Positions 39,132-50,197 of a DNA stretch of 64,000 bases are shown here, piece by piece. The position numbers and the translations under genes are program-made. The notes beneath the pieces are model-generated. The model worked only from the letters and a program-made list of their open reading frames with translations. It did no database searches and had not been told where the DNA came from. The stretch is from Podarcis pityusensis. Lineage: Eukaryota. Where the stretch lies: the NCBI GenBank assembly GCA_964106645.2, contig OZ067042.1, one strand, 5' to 3'. The stretch's first letter is position 1; each line of letters begins with the position of its first letter.

Positions 39132-42100
39132 TACTGGTGTTTTAATTTTTTTTCGATATAGGACTTTAATTATCTGAAAAGAAGACTAGAATTGGAAGAT
39201 ATGGTGAAGCTCACCTAATCATGGTTTATTGTGCAGTACAAAGCAAATTCAGTTTTTGGAAACTGCAATATATATCCTAAGGCTAATTGAAACAAAAGCC
39301 CTGCAGTGGTGATGGAACCACTTCCATCACAAGGGACCGGTTCAGACTTAACATTACCATTGCAAACCACAGCAAAATGATTGGGAACAGGGGATTTGAT
39401 CTTCTCCTCCTCCTCCTCCTCCTCCTCCTCCTCCTCCTCCTCCTCTCCTGACACTTTCCTTGAATGCCAAGCTGTGTTCAAATCTAGCTTAATACAGAAC
39501 TTGCATTAGTGGTAATCATTACTAATGTTTAGGTTACTCATAGTAATTTATTTAAAAACTGACAAATAAATTTGAACCTTTTTGCTGTGGGGTGGGGTAA
39601 ACAGATGCAGTGTGTGGCCCTGCAACCCTGTGCCATTCATTTATCATAGGTAAGGGACAGGCTGCATTACATCTGCACTGGCCTGTACAGTTGCTTGGCA
39701 CCAACACCTGGAATTAATTGAACTGAAGATAAGGATTTGAAACATTTTTTCTCTCTAAATTAGTGCTGACATATAAGCTAGAGGCCTAGATTTTGTTTTT
39801 GTTTTTTTCAGTCTGTATGCTATAAATATGACCAATAGTGTTTTCGGGTACATTGTGCAGAAAAGGTAGACGAGAATATGTACCATAGGGAAGATTGTCA
39901 TAGAAAATCATATAGGCTAAATGTTTCTTTATAACCAGGCCTTTGGCTGATTAAGCATTCTATAGGCTTTTCGGTGTGTTTGTGGGAGGTGGGGTTATTG
40001 GTTTGCTTTTGTTTTATTATGTATTTTGTGTTCTCATTTTGTATTTGTATGTTGTGAACCTTTGGATAAAGGTCAGTATACAAATTTAATAAAGGAAGAA
40101 TTTCCCTGTTGAGCACTAGTTTCTTCAACAGGATTTTGCTAAATTTGAGTATAATTAGTTATTTATAGTGAGGGGGGAACTAAAATCACTTTGTTTTTAA
40201 ATGTTTTTTAATGCTGGAGTAGTTGGTGAAATATTCTCTTTGGAGGCATCTTCCCTTTCTGGAGGCAATTGTCCTTACGGGTTTTATAAAATTACATTTA
40301 GGTCCTTTAATGTAGCACTTTTTGAGCCACTATAAATAAGAAAATACAGTTCTCGCTGGTAGCCATCTTGGAAGCCATATTTTTGAGAAGAAAGACTGTA
40401 CTTAAATTTGAGAATGGCAGTAAAATAGCTAATCCATGGAAGTACACATACTACTGATTTCTTAAAATGTACCTCTTTCTCTTTCTGCTGTTCTAGAGAA
40501 CAAAACTGTATCTGCAGCAGAACAGCAACTTTGGAAGAAAAGCTTCTCTTGCTTCGAAAAAGGGATTCAAAACTTTGAATCCATTGATGATGCAACCAAT
40601 GCTGCTCTTCTCTTGTGTAATATGGGAAGATTAATGCGGATTTGTGCTCATGCTCACTGTGCTGCTGCAGTAGACTTCAAAAGAGAATTTTCCCATGAAG
40701 AGGCTCTTTATTATAATAAGGTAACAACCACCCCAATCATCTTAAGCTGATTGCAATTCCTAGATAGAAGAGTAGGTCTCTACTGTGATTAGTGGATGCC
40801 TAGACATACAGAAATCCTATGTTGCCTTTTTGAAATGAATATTTATTGAGTATTTCTGTCTTGGATTTAGATTATATGTCTATGTAAGTTTAGTTCCAAA
40901 AATATAAGAAATGTTTACAGTGGTACCTCAGGTTAAGTACTTAATTTGTTCCGGAGGTCCGTTCTTAACCTGAAACTGTTCTTAACCTGAAGCACCACTT
41001 TAGCTAATGGGGCCTCCTGCTGCTGCCACGCTGCCGGAGCACGATTTCTGTTCTCATCCTGAAGCAAAGTTCTTAACCTGAAGTACTATTTCTGGGTTAG
41101 CGGAGTCTGTAACCTGAAGTGTATGTAACCTGAAGCGTATGTAACCCGAGGTACCACTGTACTAGAATAGGGATGAAATAAGCTTTTAAATATCTTCACT
41201 CTGAAGATCCATTTCATATTCCTTTTCCACTGGCTCATTTCTACAAGTTACTGCTTGTATAATCGGTCTACTCATGAGAATAATGTGATGTCAGTTAAGG
41301 ATCTTACGGAACTCTCAGTGGCAGCTCAGTTGTAATGAGAGGCGGCTATTGTGTTCATGCCCTGCTTTCCTAAGGCATCCATGAGAATGCATTGTTGGAC
41401 TAGATGAGACTTTGGGGTCTAATCCAGCAAGGCTCGTACATTCTTAGCTTTTTTGGTTGTGCTTTTTTGCATGCCCTGTAGCCTTCCTCATGAAAGATGC
41501 AGCTAAAACATCTGTGGGTACTCTTATCTGATGTTACTTAATACTTATTTGAGTAATCTGCTAGTGTAAATAGGCAAGTAAATATTCTGAACCGACATGG
41601 TCTCACCAAGTTAATCAAAACTTTCTTGTTTAGAATCAAACCCTTGATACTGAGGGGAACAATAGAGACCATGGTTAGTGGACATGTACTTCTCACAGAG
41701 TTGTTCAGCCTGTTTTTACTTTTATAAAAGGTACAGCATTGGGGGGGACGAGTATAGGAGGTTCAGATTGCAATTGAGTTCATTGGATAATGTATGGAGA
41801 ATATTTAAATTAGCAGTGAAAATGTTCACTTATCAGTGTACACGCTGCCAGAGGGGCTAAAATACTAGAGTGATAATTATGTTTAATAATAGGTCATAAG
41901 CTCTTCAATTATTGCAGACACCCTGTATTCAGAATCAATAAGTATTCAGTACCTACTATGTGCCTTGACGTAAATATTAGTAATGAATACAAGCCTGTCA
42001 ACAACTTATTTTACTATGCAATGATTGAATTCTGTAGGCTGTTGACTACTATCTGAAGGCCTTGAGGTCCCTGGGTGAAAGGGAAGTTCATCCTGCTGTT

Positions 42101-42199
42101 TGGGATTCTGTCAACTGGGAGCTGTCTACCACCTACTTTACTATGGCAACTCTGCTGCAAGATTATGCTCCCTTATCCAGAAAGGCTCAAGAACAGGTA

Positions 42200-42249
<50 letters not shown>

Positions 42250-45200
42250 AAGAACTAACCATTCCTGTAGCACTTAAAATAGAAAAAAGGAAGAATGACT
42301 CAGATTCATGTTGAATACAGTGGTACCTCGGGTTAAGTACTTAATTCGTTCTGGAGGTCTGTTCTTAACCTGAAACTGTTCTTAACCTGAAGCACCACTT
42401 TAGCTAATGGGACCTCCTGCTCCCGGAGCACGATTTCTGTTCTCATCCTGAAGCAAAGTTCTGAACCCGAGGTACTGTTTTTCAGTTTGCGGAGTCTGTA
42501 ACCTGAAGTGTATGTAACCCAAGGTACCACTGCATAGCATTTGAATCATCAATAGAAAAATTAGGTGATCATGATGATGATTGCTGCAAGAATGGTTTCT
42601 TTCTTAGCTATATAGGCTTTTTACTTACCTTGAGCAAATACTATTGCATGCATCCCTGTCCTTTCTGAAGCCCACACTCTGGTAGCAGCCATATGTATCT
42701 ATGATGACAGATCAATGGTAGATTGTGGCATCCTGCATAGTGTTGTACAAATGTTAATTATTCTTTGATGATCTCTCGTAGCCGAGTAAGATTGTCTACC
42801 ATGAATTTGGTCTTAACAGTGTGTCCGTGACTGTAGAGGCCAATTCTGGATCCACGCGTCCTTCCACAGTGGAGACATAGGTTCCCAGGCAGGAGTTGAT
42901 CACTGCGAAGATTTGCCTTCCTCTTAGCATGTTTTTCCCTTTCATCCTGAGTTTGTGCTTCTTCAAAGTCCATGACGCCTTTGGTAAAGGCTATTCTCCA
43001 ATTGGAGCACTCACAGGCCAGTGTTTCCCAATTATCTGTGCTTATACTGCATTTTTTTAGATTTGCCATGAGAGCATCTTTAAACTTCTTTTGTTGTCTA
43101 CCGGCATTTTGTTTTCCATTCTTAAGTTGGGAATGGAGTAGTTGCTTTCGAAAATGATAATCAGGCATCCGAACAGCATGATCAGTCCAGTGAAGTTGAT
43201 GTTGAAGAATCATTGTTTCTACACTGGTGATCTTTGCTTCTTCCAGTACACTGACATTAGTTCACCTGTCTTCCCTGTATAAATGTTATGGGCGTAGGAG
43301 CAGTATTTCTTAATTTTTCTTATTCATGAAAATAAATAATGCCAAATACTCTATTTTGAGAAATTCATGTATTGCAAGGTATTACAAATTTTGAAAGCTT
43401 TTTCTTTGTGTGTTAGATAGAAAAAGAAGTTAGCGAGTCAATGATGAAATCCTTGAAATATTGTGATGTTGACACAGTGTCTGCACGGCAGCCCCTTTGC
43501 CAGTACCGGGCAGCTACAGTTCACCACAGGCTGGCTTCCATGTATCACAGCTGTTTGAGAAACCAGGTATTTGTCCAAAGAGAACCTACAATAATGTGTC
43601 TCTGATGGTGCACACTTAATATATATTGGTTAGTATATATCTCATATGTAAACAGAGGGGCATATTGTTTTATTTTTTAAGCATAGGTTTGTTACATTTT
43701 TTAAAGTGTGAATTTCTGACTTGTTGATTTATGATTGATTTATGGCCGCATCAATGTCTGCATGACACTATTGGTTTTTCTAGTAGTTGGTAAACTTCTT
43801 TTATTCTCAGTAATTATGCTAGCCTTGATACATCAGCAGTAGCCTCATTGTGTGGTACTCTGGCAGGAAGATGTTACTACATCCAGTAGGTTTCTAAACA
43901 TATTTAATAGCACGTATATTTTTATAAAAAGAATCTTGTAAAATAGTCACAAGGAGAAATTGATTTCATATGCTTCCTGCTAAACATGTATTTTCTGTAA
44001 ATATTTAAGCAGTTATGTAGTAAGCATTGTTAAAGGGGGGGATATGCTTTACCATAATACATAAAACTATGCTTTTTATTCACCTGAACAAATTTTAAAC
44101 AATATTTTTTTGTTAAAGGTTGGTGATGAACATCAGCGGAAACAGCATAGAGTACTAGTAGATCTTCATTACAGTAAAGCTGTGAAGTTTTTTCACCTCC
44201 TGAAGGATGTGCCATGTGAGCTTCTTCGCGTACAGCTGGAAAGAGTAGCATTTGCAGAATTTCAGATGGCAAGTAAGTTGAACAGTTGCTCTATTCTGAA
44301 TAAATATTATCCAAACTTTTTTTTCAAAAATAACTGATGAACAGCAGTTCCCTGGGATGAAACAGAATTTGCTAATTGGTTCACTGGACTTGTCTTAAAC
44401 TCAAAATATTATTAGACAAAGAATTTGGTAATTGACAAGTACTTAGTATATTAATATCATTCTTATCTACTTCTAGGTCAAAATAGCAGTGCTGGAAAAC
44501 TAAAGACTTTGTCTGGGGCTTTGGATATAATGATAAAGACCCAGTCTGTGTTTCAGCTCATTAGAAAGGAACTTGTTGCTGAATTTGAACAGGTAAACTA
44601 ATTATTATTATTATTATTATTATTATTTAGATGTTTGTGGTTCTGTCATGTTACATGATTATTTACACTGGTTTAGAATTGAGTAAAAGATATGTGTTTG
44701 AACGGTTGTGTTATACTTAATGTCTGTATTTTTAAATACCCCCCAGCAGCTTTTTAAAAGTTTCCCTATAATTACATAATTACATACGTGTGCTGATACT
44801 TAACTCTTTGTTTGTTTGTTTGAGTAAATCTGTATACTACTTTTCAAAACCAAAGATGCTCCCCAAAGCAGCTCACAGTGGTTTTTTTGTCCTTTCTGTT
44901 TAGAGACTTGAGGATAACAAAAGCAATGTGGAAAGTGTGCCTGCTGAAGACTCATCCACTAGCCTCAATAAGGAGGAAATTGTAAAACTCCTTGGTATAT
45001 TTGAGTCTCGATTGTCTTTCCTCCTTCTTCAGTCCATCAAACTGCTTACATCAACTAAAAGGAAAGTTGGGTAAGTCAGTATATGGTACTATTTCTCTTA
45101 ACTTCTTTACTTTGCATGAATTGTTTTTTATTGCGCTTTGGATCCAAACTATATCATTTACAGAAAAAGAGTAGCAATAGCATTGTTCTGCAGAGTTCAC

Positions 45201-46738
45201 TCAGTGCTATAGCAGATGTTTGTAGTAGTACTACATAAACAGACCCATTTGGGGATTTAGTTTTTTGTGCATTTCTTGCACAACCCTGTAGAATGATGTG
45301 TAAAAGATTCGTTCCTTGAAGAGCATATTGACATCTAGCCAAGAACTTTGTTTTGTCTTTTAAGCCTATTGTGTATTGCAGGGCTGTCCAACTTCCAAGA
45401 GACTGCAATCTATTCCCACTATAAAAAAACTGCCAGTGATCTACCCAATGGATTGACCAAAGTTGTTTTTTAGGGAGCCAAAGCTGTTGAGCTCCACCCC
45501 CCTTTGCTACATTGGTGAGGGTCCAAAGGCAGACCAGGAACTAACTCAGACATCCCACAATCATCCAGTATATTGTGATCGACCTGTAGGACACTGGTGT
45601 ATTGTATTAATTTTATGTTTGGCGTATTTGGGAAAATGTTTTGTGTATCGGCCTTTCGTGGTGATACCATGTATTCAGTTGGGAATGGAGAAGAATTGGC
45701 ATTGATGTTTCTGTAGGAAAGGCATTACCATTGCTTATGGTGCCTACAAGGATCAAGCAATCTCTGTTTACCTGCACTTACAATAATAAGCCTGCAGCTC
45801 AGGAGGAGGAGGGAGGAAAAGAGAGTAAATAAAACGCATGCTGTTGCTGTGAGGTAAAGCTCACTCTGTATGTAAGAGCTGGTAGATAGTACAAAATATC
45901 TGTTGTTTTTCCCAGCTTTAAGATTATGTTATGTTCATAGAGCTAGGCAAAAAGAAAATTGGGTTTTGATTTTTATTTGTGCAAGGAAATTGCAAGAGTA
46001 ACTTGGAGTGCCAGTCACTTACAAATCTATCCACATGGAATTGTTAACTTAGAAAGCTCTGAAGTTGTGTTGGCATGTGTGCTAAATATAGTATAGCAAC
46101 TACAGTATTCCAAGTGTAAAGAAGCTTCATGGGGCAAGATGATCAATACACGATAGGACAGAGTAATAGCAGAGTGTTTGCTGTGCTTCTCTTTTTTCAG
46201 TTTTTGTATTAGAATTCTGAGTCTCCACAAGGTGGCAGTATAAATACAGAAGGCCAAAACGTAGGAGTTTTTTTTTTCCAGAGTAACTCGTTTACTATAT
46301 AATATGTTAGCACTTGTAATTGTTCATGGTGTAGTATATTGTGCAGATTTGGAAAGGCTAATAATGTCATGGAAAAATATTTAGATTTTTGTGTATTCTA
46401 CTCTTTGAATTACTAGTAATTCTCTTTAGCTTTTTCTAAAGCCTGGGCACATCAATCCCAGCTACATCATTTTTAAATATTAATTTTTCAAGCTTTCCAA
46501 AAATGACAGCAGAAGGGTGCTGTAGCCATTTCATTGTATCTGGAGCTGCATCAGAATTGTACTTCTGCCATATCCGTGCTCAGTTTCCTCAACCTCATAA
46601 TGTTGTCATTTATTATTACCATGTATTTATTTATAGACTAAAATGGTTTCATGGTGATTGCAGGAGTATAAAACAAGTAGAAAACAACATAATTATAATT
46701 AAAACAAAAGAAACAAAACCCAGTGATCCAGTATTAAA

Positions 46739-46810
<72 letters not shown>

Positions 46811-49743
46811 AATATACAACAACAGCATGATCACTAGCACAATTTTCAACAGGGTCACACCCGTTTTTTCCTGGCAAAGCTTGTCATGCAGGGCAACCAA
46901 GCCAGTTTTAGTGCAGAACTCATGTCTAAACCCTGATTGAAATAGAGCCGGACAATTAAGTCTCATCCAAAAGTAGCCACAGAGAATACTGCTCAAAGGA
47001 TGGGTTTTGCCTGCATGCTATAATTATCCTTTATTAACTGACATTTTATCATCTTCAGTCTCCTTCAGTGGGTATGATGTCATAGTCCTGCCTTTTTATA
47101 AATACAAATGAGTTTTTAGATCTTACTCTATTTTAGATTTATGTTTGTTTATGCTTACTTCTTGTAAAAAAAGAACTAATTAAAGTTCAATAAGTAATGA
47201 TAAATGATGCTGTTGTATAGTACCCCTATATATCAACAAGAGCAAGGGCCACTGTAGTAATATTACGGCTGCCAGGGACTGCTGCTCCCTGGGACTATGG
47301 TTGGATCTGAGTGTATGGTCACCACTTGCGGTTATGTGTCAGACGCGGGTGGCATTGTGGTCTAAACCACTGAGCCTCTTGGGCTTGCTGATTGGAAGGT
47401 CAGTGGTTCGAATCCATGCAACGGGGTGAGCTCCTGTTGTGCAGTCCCAGCTCCTGCCAACCTAGCAGTTCGAAAGCATGCCAGTGCGTAAATAAATACC
47501 GCTCTGGTGGGAAGGTAAACAGCGTTTCCATGCGCTGCTCTGGTTTCAGTGTTCCATTGTGCCAGAGGCAGCTTAGTCATGCTGGCCACATGACCCGGAA
47601 AAACTGTCTGCAGACAAACGCCGCCTCGGCCTGAAAGTAAGATGAAGCGCTGCAACCCCAGAGTCGCCTTTGAGAGGACTTAACCGTCCAGGGGTCCTTT
47701 ACCTTTTACCTATGTGTCGGTGCTGGGATATTACCAGCTAGTAATACTGTGGCCTCGTAAGCTTGAGTTGTTAGGCATTTTGTAGGGGAATCAGCTTAAT
47801 ATTGAATGTGGTGATCCAGTTCACACATGCACACAATTACTCGGGAGTTACTGATTTGCAGCTGAATGTATGAACAGACACTGTTTAAAGCATAATTCTA
47901 AAGTGCTGTGTGTGATTGTGTGCTCCTCCACAGTTGAATCACGAAGTCACGATGTGATCATTACAGCATGTTTTTAGTCAGTTGATAAAAGAGAGGCATC
48001 CCTAATAGAAAAGAGGACACAAAGGGAAGTAGAACAGAATTGCTATAAAGGACAAAGCACATTGGTATATATAGTCACTGTGCCATGTTGAATGTGTGCT
48101 CAGAAAGTTAAATTGGCTTAGAGAGCTAAGGTCACTTTCAACTCCATTGTGAGGCTTCTAATGGACCCTTTGAGTTAATAATTCTGTAGTGAAAGATCAG
48201 GGGTGTAAAGAGGTAAGCCTCGTCAGACATTTGATTGTGTTTTCTCCCTTGCTGCTAAATGTTTGGAACACCTGAAGCTTTTAACTATGAGAATGTAACT
48301 GCAGACAAATTGGGGTGGGGGGGAGAGTGGTATCTCCAGAATGGGGTGTTTAGCTAGGAGGCTTAGATATTGAGAACTACTAACCAGCTTTATGTATCAT
48401 TTGGAATGCATATGCATCATCAGTGGAATATCAATGCATAAACCATCTATAATAGAGCAATGCATGGATAAAATAGCTGCTCTCTCAATTATAAAATAAC
48501 TTTGCTGTTTGGCAATGAAACAGTTTTAAAACACTTATTAAAATAAATACTTAGTTCTGGATATTCTAATAGAATTCATTGGAATTTTAAATTTACTAAC
48601 TGGTTTGTCTGCATAATAAATAAAGCTGTCAATTCTATTTGCCAAATGTTAGGAATTTAATTGCTTCTTGCTTTCTTGGATCAAAGTATTTCCAGTGGCA
48701 ATGCTTTCTCTGTATAGTTCTAGATAATGCCAGCTGTGGCAGTTGTTCATTTTTGAGCACATTTTATTAGTGTCTAAAAAGAGATGGAGAACTTGCACTA
48801 ACAAAAGCAAAAGATCTAAGCTTATTCAACACACCTGAGTTCCTCTGACAATTAGCATTGTGATGAAGCATGATGAAAGAGAAAGGTTTTTCTAAAAAGT
48901 ATTAATGTAGAGGTACACAGAGGCTGGTGCATACAATGAGCTATTGTGGTGAACCCAAGTAGTTGAAAAATAAGTTGCCATTAAAGGAGAATGTAATAAA
49001 TGGAAAGATTCAACCGTGACAAAAGTGAGATTCCATTAGTACTCAGAAAGTGTAAGTGTTGCACACTTTTGAGTTGCACTGATGAGAACATGAAAAACAG
49101 GATAAATGGTATTTGCTCCAGGTGGAAGGAGGATGAATTGTGGTCCTGCTGTCTCCCAAGGGTTACTGCTCAGCTAAATTCCCCTCTATTTGCTCACAGT
49201 ACAGGATCTTCCCTTGCACTTAAACCTATTTTCCTATGATAGAGGTAAGGGAAAGAATATGCTAATAGGCCCCTTGTGTCCGCATGATTAAGGAGGATGT
49301 GGTAGTGGTAAAAGTCTAAGTGGATAGGTTTTGATCCAACATACTGCAAGCAGAGTTCTGCCACCCCAAAGAAAGCTGCTCCTAGGGTAAAGGATGTGTC
49401 ACAAGAGGCTTCATTTGGCAGGGCGAATATGTGTAAATCAGGGGATCTTCTCTTTGCACAAATAAACGTGCATCTCACACACATTATTGCTCTGTTGGAG
49501 CCAAGCCATTATCTGCAGACTTTGTTTATGCATCAAGTACTAGATTAACCTAGTTCCCCCCTTTCTTCCAGAGGTAACAGTGAAGAAGAAGAAATTCTTA
49601 AGACCAATAAGAATGTTTATTCACTTCTCTTGCGATCAGCAGCAAATAAAAACCTGACTCTGCTAGAAAGAACGGAAGTTGTTTTAAACTTATTGGAAAA
49701 GCTGACTCAGGATAATGAAGGCAATAATCTGGGAATTCAGTGA
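19803..49743 (+). CDS. EDRF1: Erythroid differentiation regulatory factor 1, complete 25-exon CDS (3738 nt, 1245 aa)
   Basis: All 25 exons splice in frame (24 introns, one GC-AG). Peptides such as KTDLKLPPANWLRESAKLGPAG, LLKIPYSKSHVSMAVHRIG, GIDYWLDNLICNVPEL match remembered EDRF1; synteny with TEX36 and UROS. Confidence 0.96.
20585..20739. mobile_element. hAT-type MITE
   Basis: TIR catagctgtcaac / gttgacagctatg; perfect 8-bp TSD cactatgt. Confidence 0.88.
21420..21667. mobile_element. hAT (Charlie-like) MITE
   Basis: Termini catgggtaggcaaac / gtttgctgacccctg; perfect 8-bp TSD atctaaac. Confidence 0.85.
21848..22056 (+). CDS. EDRF1: EDRF1 exon 2
   Basis: ag|GSVLFLGGNEVKSSAVVKY...KGKPFS|gt; 209 nt. 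Confidence 0.95.
22709..22775 (+). CDS. EDRF1: EDRF1 exon 3
   Basis: FGMAYDFIDSIGNDVDVVSDSE; 67 nt, AG/GT. Confidence 0.95.
24242..24290. repeat. (TG)n(GA)n compound microsatellite
   Basis: Directly visible. Confidence 0.95.
24385..24611. mobile_element. Tc1/mariner (Tigger-like) MITE, second family
   Basis: TA-cagtggtacctt ... aaggtaccactg-TA. Confidence 0.85.
24745..24870 (+). CDS. EDRF1: EDRF1 exon 4
   Basis: NIKKLLKIPYSKSHVSMAVHRIG...MRSSQ; 126 nt. Confidence 0.95.
25307..25431 (+). CDS. EDRF1: EDRF1 exon 5
   Basis: TGDWTWLKEFYQRLIDQKWQRKKKSKEHWYQKAILSKFLYY; 125 nt. Confidence 0.95.
26005..26300 (+). mobile_element. Degraded CR1 LINE reverse-transcriptase fragment
   Basis: Reads NDLELGLSSEMAKFAADATLFR, similar to the CR1 ...SEVAKFADDTKLFR motif. 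Confidence 0.7.
27041..27197 (+). CDS. EDRF1: EDRF1 exon 6
   Basis: INGDGAAQPVPPE...WPAPFEMPSSLSEDASASNQ; 157 nt. Confidence 0.93.
27672..27695. repeat. (GCT)n trinucleotide repeat
   Basis: Directly visible, intronic. Confidence 0.9.
29145..29246 (+). CDS. EDRF1: EDRF1 exon 7 (phase 0-0, cassette-type)
   Basis: GSVPHEPSYVVGDVSSVPKEQNLSTLFSDGGNSQ; 102 nt. Confidence 0.88.
29523..29644 (+). CDS. EDRF1: EDRF1 exon 8
   Basis: GLKNDFVRNILWTFEDIHMLVGSNMPIFGGGRYPAVSLRL; 122 nt. Confidence 0.95.
30250..31200 (-). mobile_element. L2-clade LINE 3' fragment
   Basis: ORF 30739-31212 reads WMRANKLRFNPNK...LGVLLD...VTSRL, typical of the L2 RT C-terminus; (TAA)n-like tail near 30250. Confidence 0.85.
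31649..31760 (+). CDS. EDRF1: EDRF1 exon 9
   Basis: DNNKPINVLTGIDYWLDNLICNVPELVMCFHVNGIVQ; 112 nt. Confidence 0.95.
32010..32158 (+). mobile_element. tRNA-derived SINE with CR1-type 3' tail (lacertid POM/P.s.1-like)
   Basis: B-box-like ggttcaaacc, then gggctggattagatgacc...ttccaactctac...gattcta CR1-like tail. Confidence 0.7.
32230..32377 (+). CDS. EDRF1: EDRF1 exon 10
   Basis: KYEMIKTEDIPNLENSNF...KEGHTYWLFK; 148 nt. Confidence 0.95.
32991..33099 (+). CDS. EDRF1: EDRF1 exon 11
   Basis: SGSDIVKLYDLTTLCEETEDKYQNPFTMPVAILLY; 109 nt. Confidence 0.95.
34069..34180 (+). CDS. EDRF1: EDRF1 exon 12
   Basis: VACNMMLKKNQNRKHYGTIRTLLLNCVKLLDKGRHPQ; 112 nt. Confidence 0.95.
35000..35260 (+). CDS. EDRF1: EDRF1 exon 13
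   Basis: IIASANYMLSELFQLDEP...acidic tract...KYKSTHQIR; 261 nt. Confidence 0.95.
35809..35880 (+). CDS. EDRF1: EDRF1 exon 14
   Basis: PSCAFPVCHDTEERCRLVLNYVLE; 72 nt. Confidence 0.95.
35980..36130 (+). CDS. EDRF1: EDRF1 exon 15
   Basis: GLKSVDSSIKKESDLPAADPSTPIPLKYEDE...LFLDK; 151 nt. Confidence 0.95.
36293..36481 (+). CDS. EDRF1: EDRF1 exon 16
   Basis: GSFREVKHSSQSGMIPGSWQYKMKLQL...LALQCH; 189 nt. Confidence 0.95.
37018..37202. mobile_element. hAT-type MITE
   Basis: Termini ctggggtagtcaac / gttgacaacccctg; TSD ctctagcc/ttctagcc. Confidence 0.8.
37488..37688 (+). CDS. EDRF1: EDRF1 exon 17
   Basis: TYCCLCTNMLSEVLLFLCQSLTLCGDIQLMLAQN...RESSCQ; 201 nt. Confidence 0.95.
38848..39066 (+). CDS. 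EDRF1: EDRF1 exon 18 (ends at a GC donor)
   Basis: FSWATDLSTDLECQL...RMGNIRNEIGVFYMNQAAALQSERG G|gcaagt; 219 nt. Confidence 0.92.
39095..39125. repeat. (CA)n microsatellite
   Basis: Directly visible. Confidence 0.95.
39404..39444. repeat. (CTC)n microsatellite
   Basis: Directly visible. Confidence 0.95.
40497..40720 (+). CDS. EDRF1: EDRF1 exon 19
   Basis: NKTVSAAEQQLWKKSFSCFEKG...NAALLLCNMGRLMR...YYNK; 224 nt. Confidence 0.95.
40918..41159. mobile_element. Tc1/mariner (Tigger-like) MITE
   Basis: TA-cagtggtacctc ... gaggtaccactg-TA. Confidence 0.9.
42038..42196 (+). CDS. EDRF1: EDRF1 exon 20
   Basis: AVDYYLKALRSLGEREVHPAVWDSVNWELSTTYFTMATLLQDYAPLSRKAQEQ; 159 nt. Confidence 0.95.
42204..42246. 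repeat. (TG)n microsatellite just after the exon 20 donor
   Basis: Directly visible. Confidence 0.95.
42318..42532. mobile_element. Tc1/mariner (Tigger-like) MITE
   Basis: TA-cagtggtacctcggg ... aaggtaccactg; same orientation as the 40918 copy. Confidence 0.88.
42757..43275 (-). mobile_element. RTE-clade LINE, 5'-truncated
   Basis: ORF 42758-43213 reads QLHWTDHAVRMPD...KQLL...G.QQKKFKD, as in RTE C-termini; flanked by tgtacaaatgtta / tgtataaatgtta (12/13 TSD). Confidence 0.85.
43417..43566 (+). CDS. EDRF1: EDRF1 exon 21
   Basis: IEKEVSESMMKSLKYCD...QYRAATVHHRLASMYHSCLRNQ; 150 nt. Confidence 0.95.
44119..44272 (+). CDS. EDRF1: EDRF1 exon 22
   Basis: VGDEHQRKQHRVLVDLHYSKA...ELLRVQLERVAFAEFQMA; 154 nt. 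Confidence 0.95.
44477..44592 (+). CDS. EDRF1: EDRF1 exon 23
   Basis: QNSSAGKLKTLSGALDIM...AEFEQ; 116 nt. Confidence 0.93.
44904..45070 (+). CDS. EDRF1: EDRF1 exon 24
   Basis: RLEDNKS...LLGIFESRLSFLLLQSIKLLTSTKRKV; 167 nt. Confidence 0.93.
46744..46810. repeat. (CT)n(CA)n compound microsatellite
   Basis: Directly visible; sits within an apparent decayed LINE fragment. Confidence 0.95.
47341..47710 (+). mobile_element. Full-length Sauria-type SINE
   Basis: tRNA-like head with A-box-like tggcattgtggtc and B-box ggttcgaatcc; ACCTTT tail; TSD tatgtgtc at 47333-47340 and 47711-47718. Confidence 0.9.
49572..49743 (+). CDS. EDRF1: EDRF1 exon 25 (terminal coding exon)
   Basis: GNSEEEEILKTNKNVYSLLLRS...GIQ-TGA; phase fits exon 24. 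Confidence 0.92.
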
Positions 49744-49874
49744 CCCACCTTAATGCTTGTACATGTTGCAACCATTGAATCAGTGCCTTGCTCAAAAAGG
49801 GATTTGTGGTTCTCTTCCATAGATTGCCTGCTTTATTTATATTGTTCCATATTTATAAGTTTGTACAGTTGGAA

Positions 49875-49880
49875 AATAAA
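49875..49880 (+). terminator. Candidate EDRF1 polyadenylation signal
   Basis: AATAAA 131 nt after the stop, followed by T/GT-rich sequence. Confidence 0.6.
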
Positions 49881-50058
49881 ACTATTGTTACCCTTTGAAT
49901 GCTGTTATGAATTAGCATATATTTTTGTTTTTACACTTCTGGGTTTGTTTTGAAATGCTCAAAGAGAAATGTACAGTTAGTTTATTTAATCTGAACTGTA
50001 ATGGGCTTTGTATTGTTGCAAAGCAGAATGGTTTTGCTAACACTCTACTCTGTTTCAC

Positions 50059-50197
50059 CAGGGGTGGGGAACATGGGCCCCCACAGCTGTTGTTGGACTC
50101 CCAACCCTCAGCATTTGTGACCACTGGCTGCATTGGCTGGGCCTGATGGGAACTGGAGTCCTGTCACATCTCAAAGGCCACAGATTCCCCACCCTTG
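50059..50197. mobile_element. Degraded hAT-type palindromic MITE
   Basis: caggggtgggaac ... ttccccacccttg; related to the 15388 element. Confidence 0.6.
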
